Virus record (IMG/VR): IMGVR_UViG_3300020421_000008
Reading direction: 5' to 3' (one strand)
From: an uncultured virus (IMG/VR IMGVR_UViG_3300020421_000008)
Taxonomy: Duplodnaviria; Heunggongvirae; Uroviricota; Caudoviricetes
Length of the DNA: 64,000 bases
Positions 49,848 through 58,840 of this stretch are shown piece by piece (position 1 is the first letter of the stretch; each line of letters opens with the position of its first letter). The notes beneath the pieces were generated by a model that was not told where the DNA came from, searched no databases, and saw only the letters and a program-made list of their open reading frames with translations. Both the position numbers and the translations under genes were made by a program.

Positions 49848-50207
49848 ATGAGATACTTTTATAAGGTTACTTTAGATCGAGTTGTAGACGGCGACACAGT
49901 TGATGTTGTAATTGACTTGGGTTTTGATGTCTTACATAAGGCTAGAGTACGCTTATATGGTGTGAATACACCAGAAACAAGAACACGTGATTTAGAGGAA
50001 AAGGAGTTGGGCTTAAAAGCTAAGTCTTTTGTCCAAAACTGGTTGAGTCAAAGTGACCATTTTTACATTCAAACATTTAAAGATGCTGGAGGTAAATATG
50101 GAAGAATATTAGGCAACATTTTCCTTGATGAAGAACGGAATAAGTGCTTAAATGACGATTTACTTGAAAATGGCCACGCAACTGAATACTTTGGTGGAAA
50201 AAGATAA
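49848..50207 (+). CDS. Thermonuclease (SNase-like)
   Basis: RVVDGDTVD, RVRLYGVNTPE, KYGRILG. Confidence 0.9.
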   Translation: MRYFYKVTLDRVVDGDTVDVVIDLGFDVLHKARVRLYGVNTPETRTRDLEEKELGLKAKSFVQNWLSQSDHFYIQTFKDAGGKYGRILGNIFLDEERNKCLNDDLLENGHATEYFGGKR

Positions 50208-50209
50208 CC

Positions 50210-50238
50210 TTGACAGGTTCCCATTTTGCTAGTATCAT
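50210..50238 (+). promoter_or_regulatory. SigA-type promoter TTGACA-17-TATCAT, leaderless
   Basis: ATG at 50245 lies 6 nt downstream. Confidence 0.8.
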
Positions 50239-50244
50239 AGTTTT

Positions 50245-50754
50245 ATGAAAAAAGTTACACACGCAATTACCGAAACAATACGTCTAGACTCCACTAAAGA
50301 CACAATCAGAGCCTTAGATTTACTTATCGCAAAAGATGGAGTTTTTCGCACAAGCGAGAAATGGGTGCATGATTCTTTACGACTCTTAATCAAAGAGGGG
50401 TATGTTAACCAAGATGGTACTTGTTTATCAATTGGAGAAAACTTTGAAGAGTTTTTGTTGCATGTTATTTCAGAAAACACTAACTTTACACCAACGCTCG
50501 TAAGCTACAGATCACTTATTCAAAAGAAACTCAATGAATATGATGTTGCTGAATCAGAAGTAATGCAACACTTAAATTCTATTACTTCTACAGATGAAAA
50601 ACTAATATACCTTACATCTGTCGTTTCTGACACTTTTGGAAAATTAGGAATTGCTCTTGAAAAAACACATGCCTTAGAAGCGAAACTAGCAGAGATGGAT
50701 TTATCTTTGTCTGTAATGGAGTCAATAACATTCGATGAGGATTCTGACAAATAA
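50245..50754 (+). CDS. Hypothetical protein
   Basis: ORF track; promoter directly upstream. Confidence 0.7.
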   Translation: MKKVTHAITETIRLDSTKDTIRALDLLIAKDGVFRTSEKWVHDSLRLLIKEGYVNQDGTCLSIGENFEEFLLHVISENTNFTPTLVSYRSLIQKKLNEYDVAESEVMQHLNSITSTDEKLIYLTSVVSDTFGKLGIALEKTHALEAKLAEMDLSLSVMESITFDEDSDK

Positions 50755-51022
50755 TACAAAGGTTCTTCTTGCGGTTTTAGAGAACCCTACTATGAATCAA
50801 AGACAAATAAGTAGGCTTTTGGGAATGCATTACCAGCATGTTTGGAGGTCTTTAGATCGCCTAGTTAAGGAAGGTATTCTAAAAAAAGAACGAAGAGATC
50901 GAAGAACATTTTTTAAGGCAGACACTGGTTTTTACCAATTAGAAGACATTAAACGGCTATATGCTTGCATTGACGGCGAGAGTATGCTACACTTAGACAA
51001 TAGAGAAAGCACAACATTATGA
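50735..51022 (+). CDS. Winged-HTH (MarR-like) regulator
   Basis: VL.AV.ENP.MNQRQIS..LG.....V...L..LVKEG.L. Confidence 0.75.
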   Translation: MRILTNNTKVLLAVLENPTMNQRQISRLLGMHYQHVWRSLDRLVKEGILKKERRDRRTFFKADTGFYQLEDIKRLYACIDGESMLHLDNRESTTL

Positions 51023-51798
51023 GTAAACAGACAAAGACAAAAGCAAACATATTGTACTACGATATTGAGACTGCACCTAACTTGAGTTATGTGTGGGGTC
51101 AATACGAGCAGAACGTTATTGATCATGACAGAGAGTGGTACATGTTATGCGTTTCTTACCGATGGGAAAATGAAAAAAAGACACATGTGTGTTCACTTGT
51201 AGATTTCCCTGACTCATACAAGCAAGATCCCGAAAACGATCTACACGTAGTTAAAAAGCTCCATGAACTTTTTAACAAAGCGGACATAGTTATTGCTCAT
51301 AATGGAGATCGGTTTGACATGAGAAAGGCTAACGCTAGATTTGTGGCACACGGATTAGGTCCAGTGTCCCCAGTTCGCCAAGTTGACACACTTAAAGTTG
51401 CTCGTAAATATTTTATGTTTAACAGCAATAAATTAGACCATCTAGGTAACTATCTTGGAGTAGGACGTAAAGTCTCTACTGGTGGGTTTGAGACTTGGGC
51501 TGGTTGTATGCGTGGCGACAAAAAGGCATGGAGAACAATGATAAAGTACGCACGACAGGACGTAGCGCTTTTAAGAGACGTATACATGAAACTACGCCCA
51601 TGGATGACTAATCACCCGAACTTAAACGTATACACTGGTGGGGCATCTTGCCCGACATGTGGTTCAGACAATCTACAGAAACGTGGCAAGCGCACAACGC
51701 AGTCGGCGACGTACCAAACACACCAATGTAATGACTGTAAGTCATACAGTAGAACAAGATTGGCTGAGAAGATAGAAAGGCCGGAAATAGTTCCGTAG
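51019..51798 (+). CDS. DEDD/RNase H-like exonuclease with C-terminal Zn ribbon
   Basis: YDIET, AHNGDRFD, DTL, Y..QDV; CPTCGS...CNDC. Confidence 0.85.
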   Translation: MSKQTKTKANILYYDIETAPNLSYVWGQYEQNVIDHDREWYMLCVSYRWENEKKTHVCSLVDFPDSYKQDPENDLHVVKKLHELFNKADIVIAHNGDRFDMRKANARFVAHGLGPVSPVRQVDTLKVARKYFMFNSNKLDHLGNYLGVGRKVSTGGFETWAGCMRGDKKAWRTMIKYARQDVALLRDVYMKLRPWMTNHPNLNVYTGGASCPTCGSDNLQKRGKRTTQSATYQTHQCNDCKSYSRTRLAEKIERPEIVP

Positions 51799-51808
51799 AC
51801 CACAATTT

Positions 51809-53740
51809 ATGACAGATGCACCGATAACACTATTAGACGACTGGTTACACGATACATATACAGCAGACAATTCATTAGGCGAGGTTATTCTCGTAAGGTC
51901 AGACGATCAATTTGCTGACTTTAGAGACTGGCTTTTTGAGAGAAAGCGTCCGTTGGCATATGACATCGAAGCAACTGGTTTAGACATTTTCTCACCAGAG
52001 TGGGAGATTAAAAGCATTCAATGGGGCGACAAGGACACTGCCTACGTATTTTTGTGGACAGAGCCTTGGTTCCAGAAGTCAATCGATATAGTCATGAATG
52101 ACACAGACTACAGGCTTCTAGCGCATAACGCAGCTTATGATACGTTAGGACTTGATAGGCATGGGCACGTTGATGCTATAGAGATGCTAGAGCGAACGTA
52201 TGACACAAAGATACTTGCTCATTTAGCAGATCCTAGGAGTAGATCTGAAGGTGGTGTAGGACACGGGCTAAAGATGCTCTCAACATTCCACGTTGATCCG
52301 TCAGCACCTGACTCTGACTCGGCACTTAAAGACATATTTAAGAAACAGGGCTGGAGTATTCAAGAAGGCTGGAAGAACATTCCTGCGTCACACCCCACTC
52401 TTGTTCATTACGCAGGTACAGATGTTATCTTAACTGCTAGACTTTTTCCTAAGTTAAGGGACGAAGTTAAGCGTAAGACAATGGAACATCTAGTTAAATA
52501 CGAGCATACTATATCTAGGCTTGTCGTGGACATGCAAAGACGTGGTATTCGTCTTGATGTTGACTACGCTAGAAACCTTGCTGAAGAGATGACTAAGGAG
52601 GAAGAACGCCACCTTGGTATAATTAGTTCTTTTGGGGTTGAAAACCATAACGCCACTAAGCAAGTAGCGGAGGCTCTTCAATCATTAGGGGCTAAACTTA
52701 TAGAAACTACGAATTCTGGTGCGTTAAAAGTTGATAAAACAATACTAACTAACATAGCAAATGATGACTCATTGGGAAATGCGGCCATGCTGGCAAAGTC
52801 GGTAATGGCAGCGAAAAACAATGCTAAATGGAGAGATGCTTATGTTATTGCATGCATAGACAGTATGGATGCGCACGGTAGAGTTCACCCTAGCATAAAC
52901 AGTCTTCAGGCTAGAACAGGTAGAATGTCAATAAGTAATCCTCCTTTACAGCAATTACCTGCTGGTCAAGATGCTATACGCCGTATGTTTTTAGCGGAAG
53001 AAGGCTGTTCTATGGCGTCAATTGACTTTTCTGGTGTAGAGTTGAGAGTCCTTGCAGCACTATCCCAAGATCCTGTAATGTTAGATATTTTTAGTAAAAA
53101 TGATGATTTACATCAAGCAACTGCTGACAACACAGGAGTTACAAGAAAAATTGCAAAAACTGTTAATTTTGGTAAAGTTTATGGAGCTGGACCTAAAACT
53201 CTAGCGAGACAATCTGGATTATCTGTTGAGGAAGCGCAAAAAGTATGCGACTTGTTTGATTCCACATATCAGGGAGTGACAAAGTATTCTCACCAATTGG
53301 CAGCCCCAGTTAAACGTGGGCAAAGAAATTACGTGATAACCCATACAGGCAGGAAACTTCCTGTAGATAAAGAGCGCCCATATGCTGCCCTAAACTATTG
53401 CATACAGTCCACGGCAAGAGATGTTCTAGGTAGAGCCATGATAAAGGTCCAAGAGGCTGGGTTGTGGGAGTATGCATTACTACCTATACATGATGAGATC
53501 TTATTTAGTTTCCCTAAGGAAGATGCAGAAGAATTATGCCGTCATGCAGGCGTTACAATGGAAATGATACTTAAAGATGTACACATTACATCTGAACCTG
53601 ATCTAGGTGGTGACTCATGGGGAACGTTATATACAGAGGACGAACACTGTGTTGTTGACCTTAGTGATGAAGATCGAAACAAGTATGGCGATAAATCTCT
53701 CAAAGACCACCTTTTTAACCGAGTTAGTACAGAATTTTAG
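51809..53740 (+). CDS. Family A DNA polymerase (3'-5' exo plus polymerase, no 5'-3' exo)
   Basis: YDIEATG, HNA.YD, TGRMS..NPPLQQ, DFSGVELRVLA, AKTVNFG.VYG, IHDEI. Confidence 0.95.
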   Translation: MTDAPITLLDDWLHDTYTADNSLGEVILVRSDDQFADFRDWLFERKRPLAYDIEATGLDIFSPEWEIKSIQWGDKDTAYVFLWTEPWFQKSIDIVMNDTDYRLLAHNAAYDTLGLDRHGHVDAIEMLERTYDTKILAHLADPRSRSEGGVGHGLKMLSTFHVDPSAPDSDSALKDIFKKQGWSIQEGWKNIPASHPTLVHYAGTDVILTARLFPKLRDEVKRKTMEHLVKYEHTISRLVVDMQRRGIRLDVDYARNLAEEMTKEEERHLGIISSFGVENHNATKQVAEALQSLGAKLIETTNSGALKVDKTILTNIANDDSLGNAAMLAKSVMAAKNNAKWRDAYVIACIDSMDAHGRVHPSINSLQARTGRMSISNPPLQQLPAGQDAIRRMFLAEEGCSMASIDFSGVELRVLAALSQDPVMLDIFSKNDDLHQATADNTGVTRKIAKTVNFGKVYGAGPKTLARQSGLSVEEAQKVCDLFDSTYQGVTKYSHQLAAPVKRGQRNYVITHTGRKLPVDKERPYAALNYCIQSTARDVLGRAMIKVQEAGLWEYALLPIHDEILFSFPKEDAEELCRHAGVTMEMILKDVHITSEPDLGGDSWGTLYTEDEHCVVDLSDEDRNKYGDKSLKDHLFNRVSTEF

Positions 53741-53892
53741 GCCATAATTAAATACAAAAGTATCAACATAGATACAAAACTTACATCTTACTGACAAAAG
53801 TTCCGTTTTAGCCTTGACTTTGGTACTTTTATGTGCTAAAGTGATACCACAGTAACTCAAAAATTACACATCGAACAGCGAGGAGCGTATAT

Positions 53893-54015
53893 ATGAAAAT
53901 TTACTTAGATGCATTGCTTCAACAGGCAATGAATGATAAACTTGAAGAGCTCGATAGGGAAGAGGCTAAACTTCGCCACCCATCTAGCCAAACAAACACC
54001 GAGGAGGACAAATAA
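53893..54015 (+). CDS. 40-aa peptide carrying the sigma region-4 motif KLRHPSS
   Basis: MKIYLDALLQQAMNDKLEELDREEAKLRHPSSQTNTEEDK; GAGGAG RBS; TAATG overlap with the sigma ATG. Confidence 0.7.
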   Translation: MKIYLDALLQQAMNDKLEELDREEAKLRHPSSQTNTEEDK

Positions 54016-54947
54016 TGGCTGGTTACGTTAATAGTTCTAAACATAGAATACTTACCAGAGAAGAAGAAATTGTTCTGGGCAGGGCTGTAATAGAAGGGCA
54101 AAAGGCCTCAAAAAAGTTAAATACTTGTTTTATTGAGGGAATAACTTTAGAGTTTCCCGAAAGAAGAGCATTAAATGCGGCAGTTCGTGAAGGACAACGT
54201 GCCAAAGATAACTTTGTTGAGCATAATTTACGACTAGCAATGGACACGGCAGCAAAGTACGCTCGTTCGCAGTCTCGTATGGAGTACGAAGATCTAATTC
54301 AAGAAGCAACAATTGGCTTGATGCGTGCTGTAGATAAGTTTGATCCCGATAAAGGTTTCAAGTTCTCAACATACGCCACGTGGTGGTGTCGCCAAGCCTG
54401 CCAAAGAGCAATCGCTAATGCTGGTCGTGCCATACGCCTTCCTATGCATGTAGAAGCAGATGTGCGCAAGTTGGCGGCAACCCTTGAGGAGTTTGAGTCT
54501 ACATACGGCGCAGGGGAGTATTCTCGACACGAATTAGCAGAGTATTTAGATTGGGATACCGATAAGTTTGATGATATCTGGTCACATATGGAAAACACTC
54601 GTTTAGAGTCGTTAGACATACCCCTTTCTGATGATAGTTATGTTTCTCATGCGGATACGTTAGCAGATCCAAACCAGATTGAGGTTGATGAGCTTGGTAT
54701 TAGACAAAGTTTTGCCCAAGATATTCTAAAAGCACTATCCATTCTACCAGAGCGTGAGTTCCAAGTACTCACAATGCACCACGGATTAAGCAATATAGGC
54801 AACCCTATGACTCTACAGGAGATAGGTGAAGTAATGGGTTTAACTCGTGAGCGTATACGCCAGTTAGAAGCAAAAGCAATTGCTAGGCTTCGGCACCCCT
54901 CTTCTGGTATCGCATGGGTATTTAGTGAAGAAAACCCTGACTTTTAA
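54015..54947 (+). CDS. RNA polymerase sigma-70 family factor (RpoD/SigA-like regions 1.2-4)
   Basis: LTREEE, NLRL, DLIQE..IGLMRAVDKFDP.KGFKFSTYATWW, TLQEIG...GLTRERIRQLE, RLRHPS. Confidence 0.95.
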   Translation: MAGYVNSSKHRILTREEEIVLGRAVIEGQKASKKLNTCFIEGITLEFPERRALNAAVREGQRAKDNFVEHNLRLAMDTAAKYARSQSRMEYEDLIQEATIGLMRAVDKFDPDKGFKFSTYATWWCRQACQRAIANAGRAIRLPMHVEADVRKLAATLEEFESTYGAGEYSRHELAEYLDWDTDKFDDIWSHMENTRLESLDIPLSDDSYVSHADTLADPNQIEVDELGIRQSFAQDILKALSILPEREFQVLTMHHGLSNIGNPMTLQEIGEVMGLTRERIRQLEAKAIARLRHPSSGIAWVFSEENPDF

Positions 54948-55045
54948 TATTTGACTTGTATCTATAAAGCGCTATAATATTTACAGAAGATGCCAATTGG
55001 GTCTTTGTAAAAAATTAATTTAACTTTGCTATTTAGGAGGTTATT

Positions 55046-55465
55046 ATGGGCACAGATATTAGTGTCTTAAACAGGCTACGGCCTTTTAGTATTGGGTTTG
55101 ACTCCCTCTTTGACCATTTTGAGTCACTGTTGGAGTACAATGAGTCATATCATGCTTACCCACCGTATAACCTTGTCCAAGTGGACGAGGAAAACTTTGT
55201 TATCGAGCTTGCTGTCGCTGGATTCAACAAAGAAGACTTAAACATGACAGTAGAAAACGGTATCCTGATTATTTCTACGAAACAAGCAGAAGATAACCGA
55301 ACTGTTTTGCATCGTGGGATATCTCACAGGCATTTCAGAAAGCAGTTTAGGCTTGCAGACAACGTAGAAGTAAAGTCCGCAGATCTTTCTGACGGTTTAT
55401 TGAGTATAAATTTGGAAAGAATCATTCCAGAGTACGAGAAACTTCGTACAATAGAGATATCGTAG
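55046..55465 (+). CDS. Small heat shock protein (Hsp20/IbpA-like)
   Basis: IGFD.LF, YPPYN, IELAVAGF, HRGI..R.F...F.LA..VEV..A.L.DGLL.I.L. Confidence 0.93.
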   Translation: MGTDISVLNRLRPFSIGFDSLFDHFESLLEYNESYHAYPPYNLVQVDEENFVIELAVAGFNKEDLNMTVENGILIISTKQAEDNRTVLHRGISHRHFRKQFRLADNVEVKSADLSDGLLSINLERIIPEYEKLRTIEIS

Positions 55466-55474
55466 GAGAGATAT

Positions 55475-55624
55475 ATGGACAAAGAAGTTGTAGAGCAGAT
55501 GATATCCCAACTTGAGGATATGTTAAAATTAACGGCTGATCCTAAAAGATCGCTGTTTTCTGCTGATGAACTACAGAATGACCTTTTAGATCTACATAGT
55601 TTAGCTTCACAGCTTCAAGAGTAG
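55475..55624 (+). CDS. Small hypothetical protein (49 aa)
   Basis: AGGAG RBS; MDKEVVEQMISQLEDML... Confidence 0.6.
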   Translation: MDKEVVEQMISQLEDMLKLTADPKRSLFSADELQNDLLDLHSLASQLQE

Positions 55625-55628
55625 AGTC

Positions 55629-55955
55629 ATGGAGGAATTTACTCTGCGTATTTCTAAGGGACTAGAAACACCTGCAAGGGTTGTTGACAACCTAGAGCAT
55701 GCAGAGGAATTCTTCCGTGATTTAAACTATTCCACTCTCTCCAAAGATTTATTAATGGCGAGGGATACAATACTTACTTTAATAACACATGCTGACGCTT
55801 TAGTCCATTCAATTGAGTGGAACAAGAGGCCAGATGACGCTATTGCTGAGTATATACACTACAGAGGGTATGAAATAAACAAAACTCTAAATAAGACACT
55901 TACGTCAGAATCATACGAAAAAGCGTATATACCAAACGAAGAAGTGGATAAATAA
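55629..55955 (+). CDS. Hypothetical protein
   Basis: ORF track. Confidence 0.65.
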   Translation: MEEFTLRISKGLETPARVVDNLEHAEEFFRDLNYSTLSKDLLMARDTILTLITHADALVHSIEWNKRPDDAIAEYIHYRGYEINKTLNKTLTSESYEKAYIPNEEVDK

Positions 55956-56281
55956 TGCATAAAACGGAAATAAAAGATTTTGATTATGACTTTTATGCAG
56001 GAGAACAGCACTGGAAAGTGAATATCCTGCATAATTATGTAAAAATAACCAGTGACACGGATAAGCGTTACGTTAAAGAATCCTATGATTTAGGGCAACT
56101 TTCTCAATTGGAAGATTTTAGAATAGCAGCATATGAAGGAACGTATGCAATGATTGCCGTTTCCCCTCCTGTTGATACAGAGAAATCAGAAAAATTACCC
56201 CCAATGAGACATGACAGACATGGAGTAAACATCATTTGGGGCTTACATTTAGAGGGGAATTCTAATGACAAAGCCGGTTAA
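55955..56281 (+). CDS. Hypothetical protein
   Basis: TAATG coupling. Confidence 0.65.
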   Translation: MHKTEIKDFDYDFYAGEQHWKVNILHNYVKITSDTDKRYVKESYDLGQLSQLEDFRIAAYEGTYAMIAVSPPVDTEKSEKLPPMRHDRHGVNIIWGLHLEGNSNDKAG

Positions 56282-56372
56282 ACGCACACTATGGGCATTA
56301 GCTACCACAACTGCGGTGGTTATTGCTGGATATATTATTGCATCTCGTGCATTCGGGACAAGTAAATATTAA
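56265..56372 (+). CDS. 35-aa single-TM peptide
   Basis: GAGGGG RBS; MTKPVKRTLWALATTTAVVIAGYIIASRAFGTSKY; TAATG coupling. Confidence 0.55.
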   Translation: MTKPVKRTLWALATTTAVVIAGYIIASRAFGTSKY

Positions 56373-56581
56373 TGAAAATACTAGGTAAAGTTCTATTTGT
56401 AGTAGTATTTATAGTATCCACCGTGCATGCAGTTATGTATAAGCAGTGGTGGGCTTTTGGGATACTCGTACCAATAGCAGTAGGCGTAGAGTGGGATAGA
56501 AGGATAAAGAGTAAATTTGTAGGTACTTCCACCACTCACGACACACTTCCACGATTCCTAAACAGGAAAAGAATACGATGA
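56372..56581 (+). CDS. Small membrane protein
   Basis: Two hydrophobic stretches. Confidence 0.6.
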   Translation: MKILGKVLFVVVFIVSTVHAVMYKQWWAFGILVPIAVGVEWDRRIKSKFVGTSTTHDTLPRFLNRKRIR

Positions 56582-56715
56582 CTGATCTATTTTGGAAGAT
56601 AATCTACCGTAATGAACTCGAATCACGCTGGGAGAAAAAGGCTGAAAAACGTAAGAAACGGCAAACTTTCCGTTTGACGAAACCGGCCCTCTGGCGAAAA
56701 AGGAGCAAAACATGA
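56578..56715 (+). CDS. 45-aa basic peptide
   Basis: ATGA overlaps at both ends; MTDLFWKIIYRNELESRWEKK... Confidence 0.5.
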   Translation: MTDLFWKIIYRNELESRWEKKAEKRKKRQTFRLTKPALWRKRSKT

Positions 56716-57035
56716 TAACTTTAACAGAAAAAGCATCAACTAAAGTAGCTGAATTACTAGCTGCTGAAGAAGATAAAACCCTTAAAGCCTTAAGGGTAGG
56801 AGTTCGACCCGGCGGGTGTGCAGGCATGAATTACGAAATGCACTTTGAATCAGACATCACAGAAGAAGATATAGAACAACTATTCGGAGAAGTAAAGGTA
56901 GTAACAGACCCAGTAAGTGCAGACCTATTAGAAGGAGCAAGCCTAGATTACCATGACGGATTAGGTGAATCAGGGTTCAAAATATCCAATAATAGGGCCA
57001 AGAAAACCTGTGGATGTGGTCAAAGTTTCTGCTAA
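56712..57035 (+). CDS. A-type Fe-S carrier (IscA/ErpA/HesB family)
   Basis: ITLTE.A, LRVGV.PGGCAG..Y, SGF.I.N.....CGCG.SF. Confidence 0.93.
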   Translation: MITLTEKASTKVAELLAAEEDKTLKALRVGVRPGGCAGMNYEMHFESDITEEDIEQLFGEVKVVTDPVSADLLEGASLDYHDGLGESGFKISNNRAKKTCGCGQSFC

Positions 57036-57149
57036 AAATAGTAACCACCTCTGATTAAAAGCGGCGCAAAACACCCCCACGATCACCAATATGTACTAAA
57101 TTCCATAGTCACAGATACACTAATACACCTATATAAGGATACACCTATA

Positions 57150-57224
57150 ATGATAACACCGATAGCTTTAACCCTTTCTTTAGTATGCTTTATGCTTATA
57201 ACAGACCTGATTATACGAAAATGA
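57150..57224 (+). CDS. 24-aa hydrophobic peptide
   Basis: AAGGA upstream; MITPIALTLSLVCFMLITDLIIRK. Confidence 0.4.
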   Translation: MITPIALTLSLVCFMLITDLIIRK

Positions 57225-57298
57225 TAACCAACCTAATCATCTGGTTTACCATATTATTGCTGATAGCGTTACTAGATTACATCCTTCACAATCTTTAA
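57221..57298 (+). CDS. 25-aa hydrophobic peptide
   Basis: ATGA overlap; MITNLIIWFTILLLIALLDYILHNL. Confidence 0.4.
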   Translation: MITNLIIWFTILLLIALLDYILHNL

Positions 57299-57398
57299 AT
57301 CACACTCCTTGACTTCTTTGTCACACTAATGTAACATAGAAATATAACAACATAAAGAGTCTACTATCCACAACATAACCCTGAAACGGATAAGACTC

Positions 57399-57785
57399 AT
57401 GAATAAACTACACAAAATAACCAAAACCACAAAGACTACTATACAACCACACCCCTCCGAAAACGATCCCACTTCACCCCACAATAACCCACCAGAACCC
57501 ACTCAACACTGGTCACAAGAAGCACTTTGCAAAGGTAAATCGGACAAGATGTTCCCCAAAGAACACAAAGACCTGTCCTATATATCAGAGGCTAGACGTA
57601 TGTGTAGACAGTGTGATGTACGTAAAGAATGTCTCGATTATGCCCTCAGTTTTCCCCCATCAGACCTTCACGGAGTTTGGGCTGGTTTGACTCCCCGTCA
57701 GTTGGCTGCTGAAGCTCAACGTCGTGGTGTTAAGGCAGAGCGTTTCACATTAGCGCAGATTTGGTCGTATTTAAATCGGAGTTGA
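57399..57785 (+). CDS. whiB: WhiB-family (Wbl) Fe-S transcription factor
   Basis: W...ALC......FP.....A...C..C.VR.ECL.YAL......GVWAGLT...; TTGACT-17-TAACAT upstream. Confidence 0.93.
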   Translation: MNKLHKITKTTKTTIQPHPSENDPTSPHNNPPEPTQHWSQEALCKGKSDKMFPKEHKDLSYISEARRMCRQCDVRKECLDYALSFPPSDLHGVWAGLTPRQLAAEAQRRGVKAERFTLAQIWSYLNRS

Positions 57786-57821
57786 TGACGATGTATAGCA
57801 CGGCACTATACAATAAGTATT

Positions 57822-58511
57822 ATGGTTGAGTCTAACAAGCTTTCAAGAGAGTTCCTCGCTGAGAGGGATTTGCGGATTTTCTCGCTAAAGAAGTCTGGCT
57901 TGTCGAATGTTGATATCGGTAAACGGTTTAACATGTCGGCTGCAGCAGTAGCAGCTGCTTCTCGTAGAGTGTTAGGTAGGCTTAACTCTGAGGCGTTCCT
58001 TTCTTACCCAGAAGTTCTTAGGTTAGAATTAGAACGTCTTGATGAAATGCAGAAGTCTTTATGGCCTTTGACCCAGTTTCGACGGGAGACGTTGGACGAC
58101 GGTACTGAGATAATGGTGGAACCTGATCAGAATGCAGTGCGTACTGTATTAGGTATCATGGATCGCAGGTCGAAGTTACTGGGCATGAACGTGGAGCGTA
58201 CTGAGGTTGCTATCTCTGGGCTTGATTCTCAGGAGGTTATTGAGGTACAATCTTCGTTGGTTGGTCAAGTGAAAGAAGTTGGCAATAAGGATGCAGCTAA
58301 GGATGAGTCTTTGGCTTTATTAGAGTTAATGGCCTCTTCTGGTGTCTTGGATCAAGAAGTTGTTTCGAATATCTTAGATGAAGTTTCGGAGGAAGCCGTA
58401 GGGACGCCATTGGGTGTTATAGAGGAAGATGATGGGACAGATAGTCCCGTCAAAGATGTTGAGATTGTTGATGTTACTATCGATGTAACCATTGATGAAG
58501 AGGAAGGGTAG
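57822..58511 (+). CDS. HTH protein, probable terminase small subunit
   Basis: LKKSGLS..DIG.R; LELERLD.MQ..LWP; A...VL.IMDRRSKLLG; acidic tail. Confidence 0.55.
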   Translation: MVESNKLSREFLAERDLRIFSLKKSGLSNVDIGKRFNMSAAAVAAASRRVLGRLNSEAFLSYPEVLRLELERLDEMQKSLWPLTQFRRETLDDGTEIMVEPDQNAVRTVLGIMDRRSKLLGMNVERTEVAISGLDSQEVIEVQSSLVGQVKEVGNKDAAKDESLALLELMASSGVLDQEVVSNILDEVSEEAVGTPLGVIEEDDGTDSPVKDVEIVDVTIDVTIDEEEG

Positions 58512-58513
58512 TT

Positions 58514-58840
58514 ATGACTACTGAGTATATGAAGGAAGTTCTTCGCTCAGATGAAGTGAAGAAATCTAATATTGAGGCAGCTTTGCTTGAAGAGCTTAGC
58601 GAACCTGAGGAGTTAATTGAAGAATCCCGTGATAAACAAGTTTTAATTAGGGTTTCTGAAACTCAGCGTGACCAGTGGGCGGCAGCTGCTGAAGCAGATA
58701 GTTGTTCTGTTTCTGAGTGGCTTCGTCAGATGGCTGATACAAGATGGCGTGAAATCTTTTCTTGTACACATCCGTTGGATGATCGTCAAGTTTATCCTTG
58801 GTCAGAGTTTTGTCTGAAGTGCGGTACTCGAATGCGCTAG
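58514..58840 (+). CDS. Ribbon-helix-helix-like protein with C-terminal Cys/His Zn-binding motif
   Basis: VLIRVSE.QR.QW..AA......VSEWLR; C.H...CLKCG. Confidence 0.6.
   Translation: MTTEYMKEVLRSDEVKKSNIEAALLEELSEPEELIEESRDKQVLIRVSETQRDQWAAAAEADSCSVSEWLRQMADTRWREIFSCTHPLDDRQVYPWSEFCLKCGTRMR

Noticed and set aside
254..54619. Numerous minus-strand and alternate-frame ORFs in the track (e.g. 9854..10450, 11225..11686, 24080..24520)
   Set aside because: They lie inside well-supported + strand genes and have no recognisable motifs.
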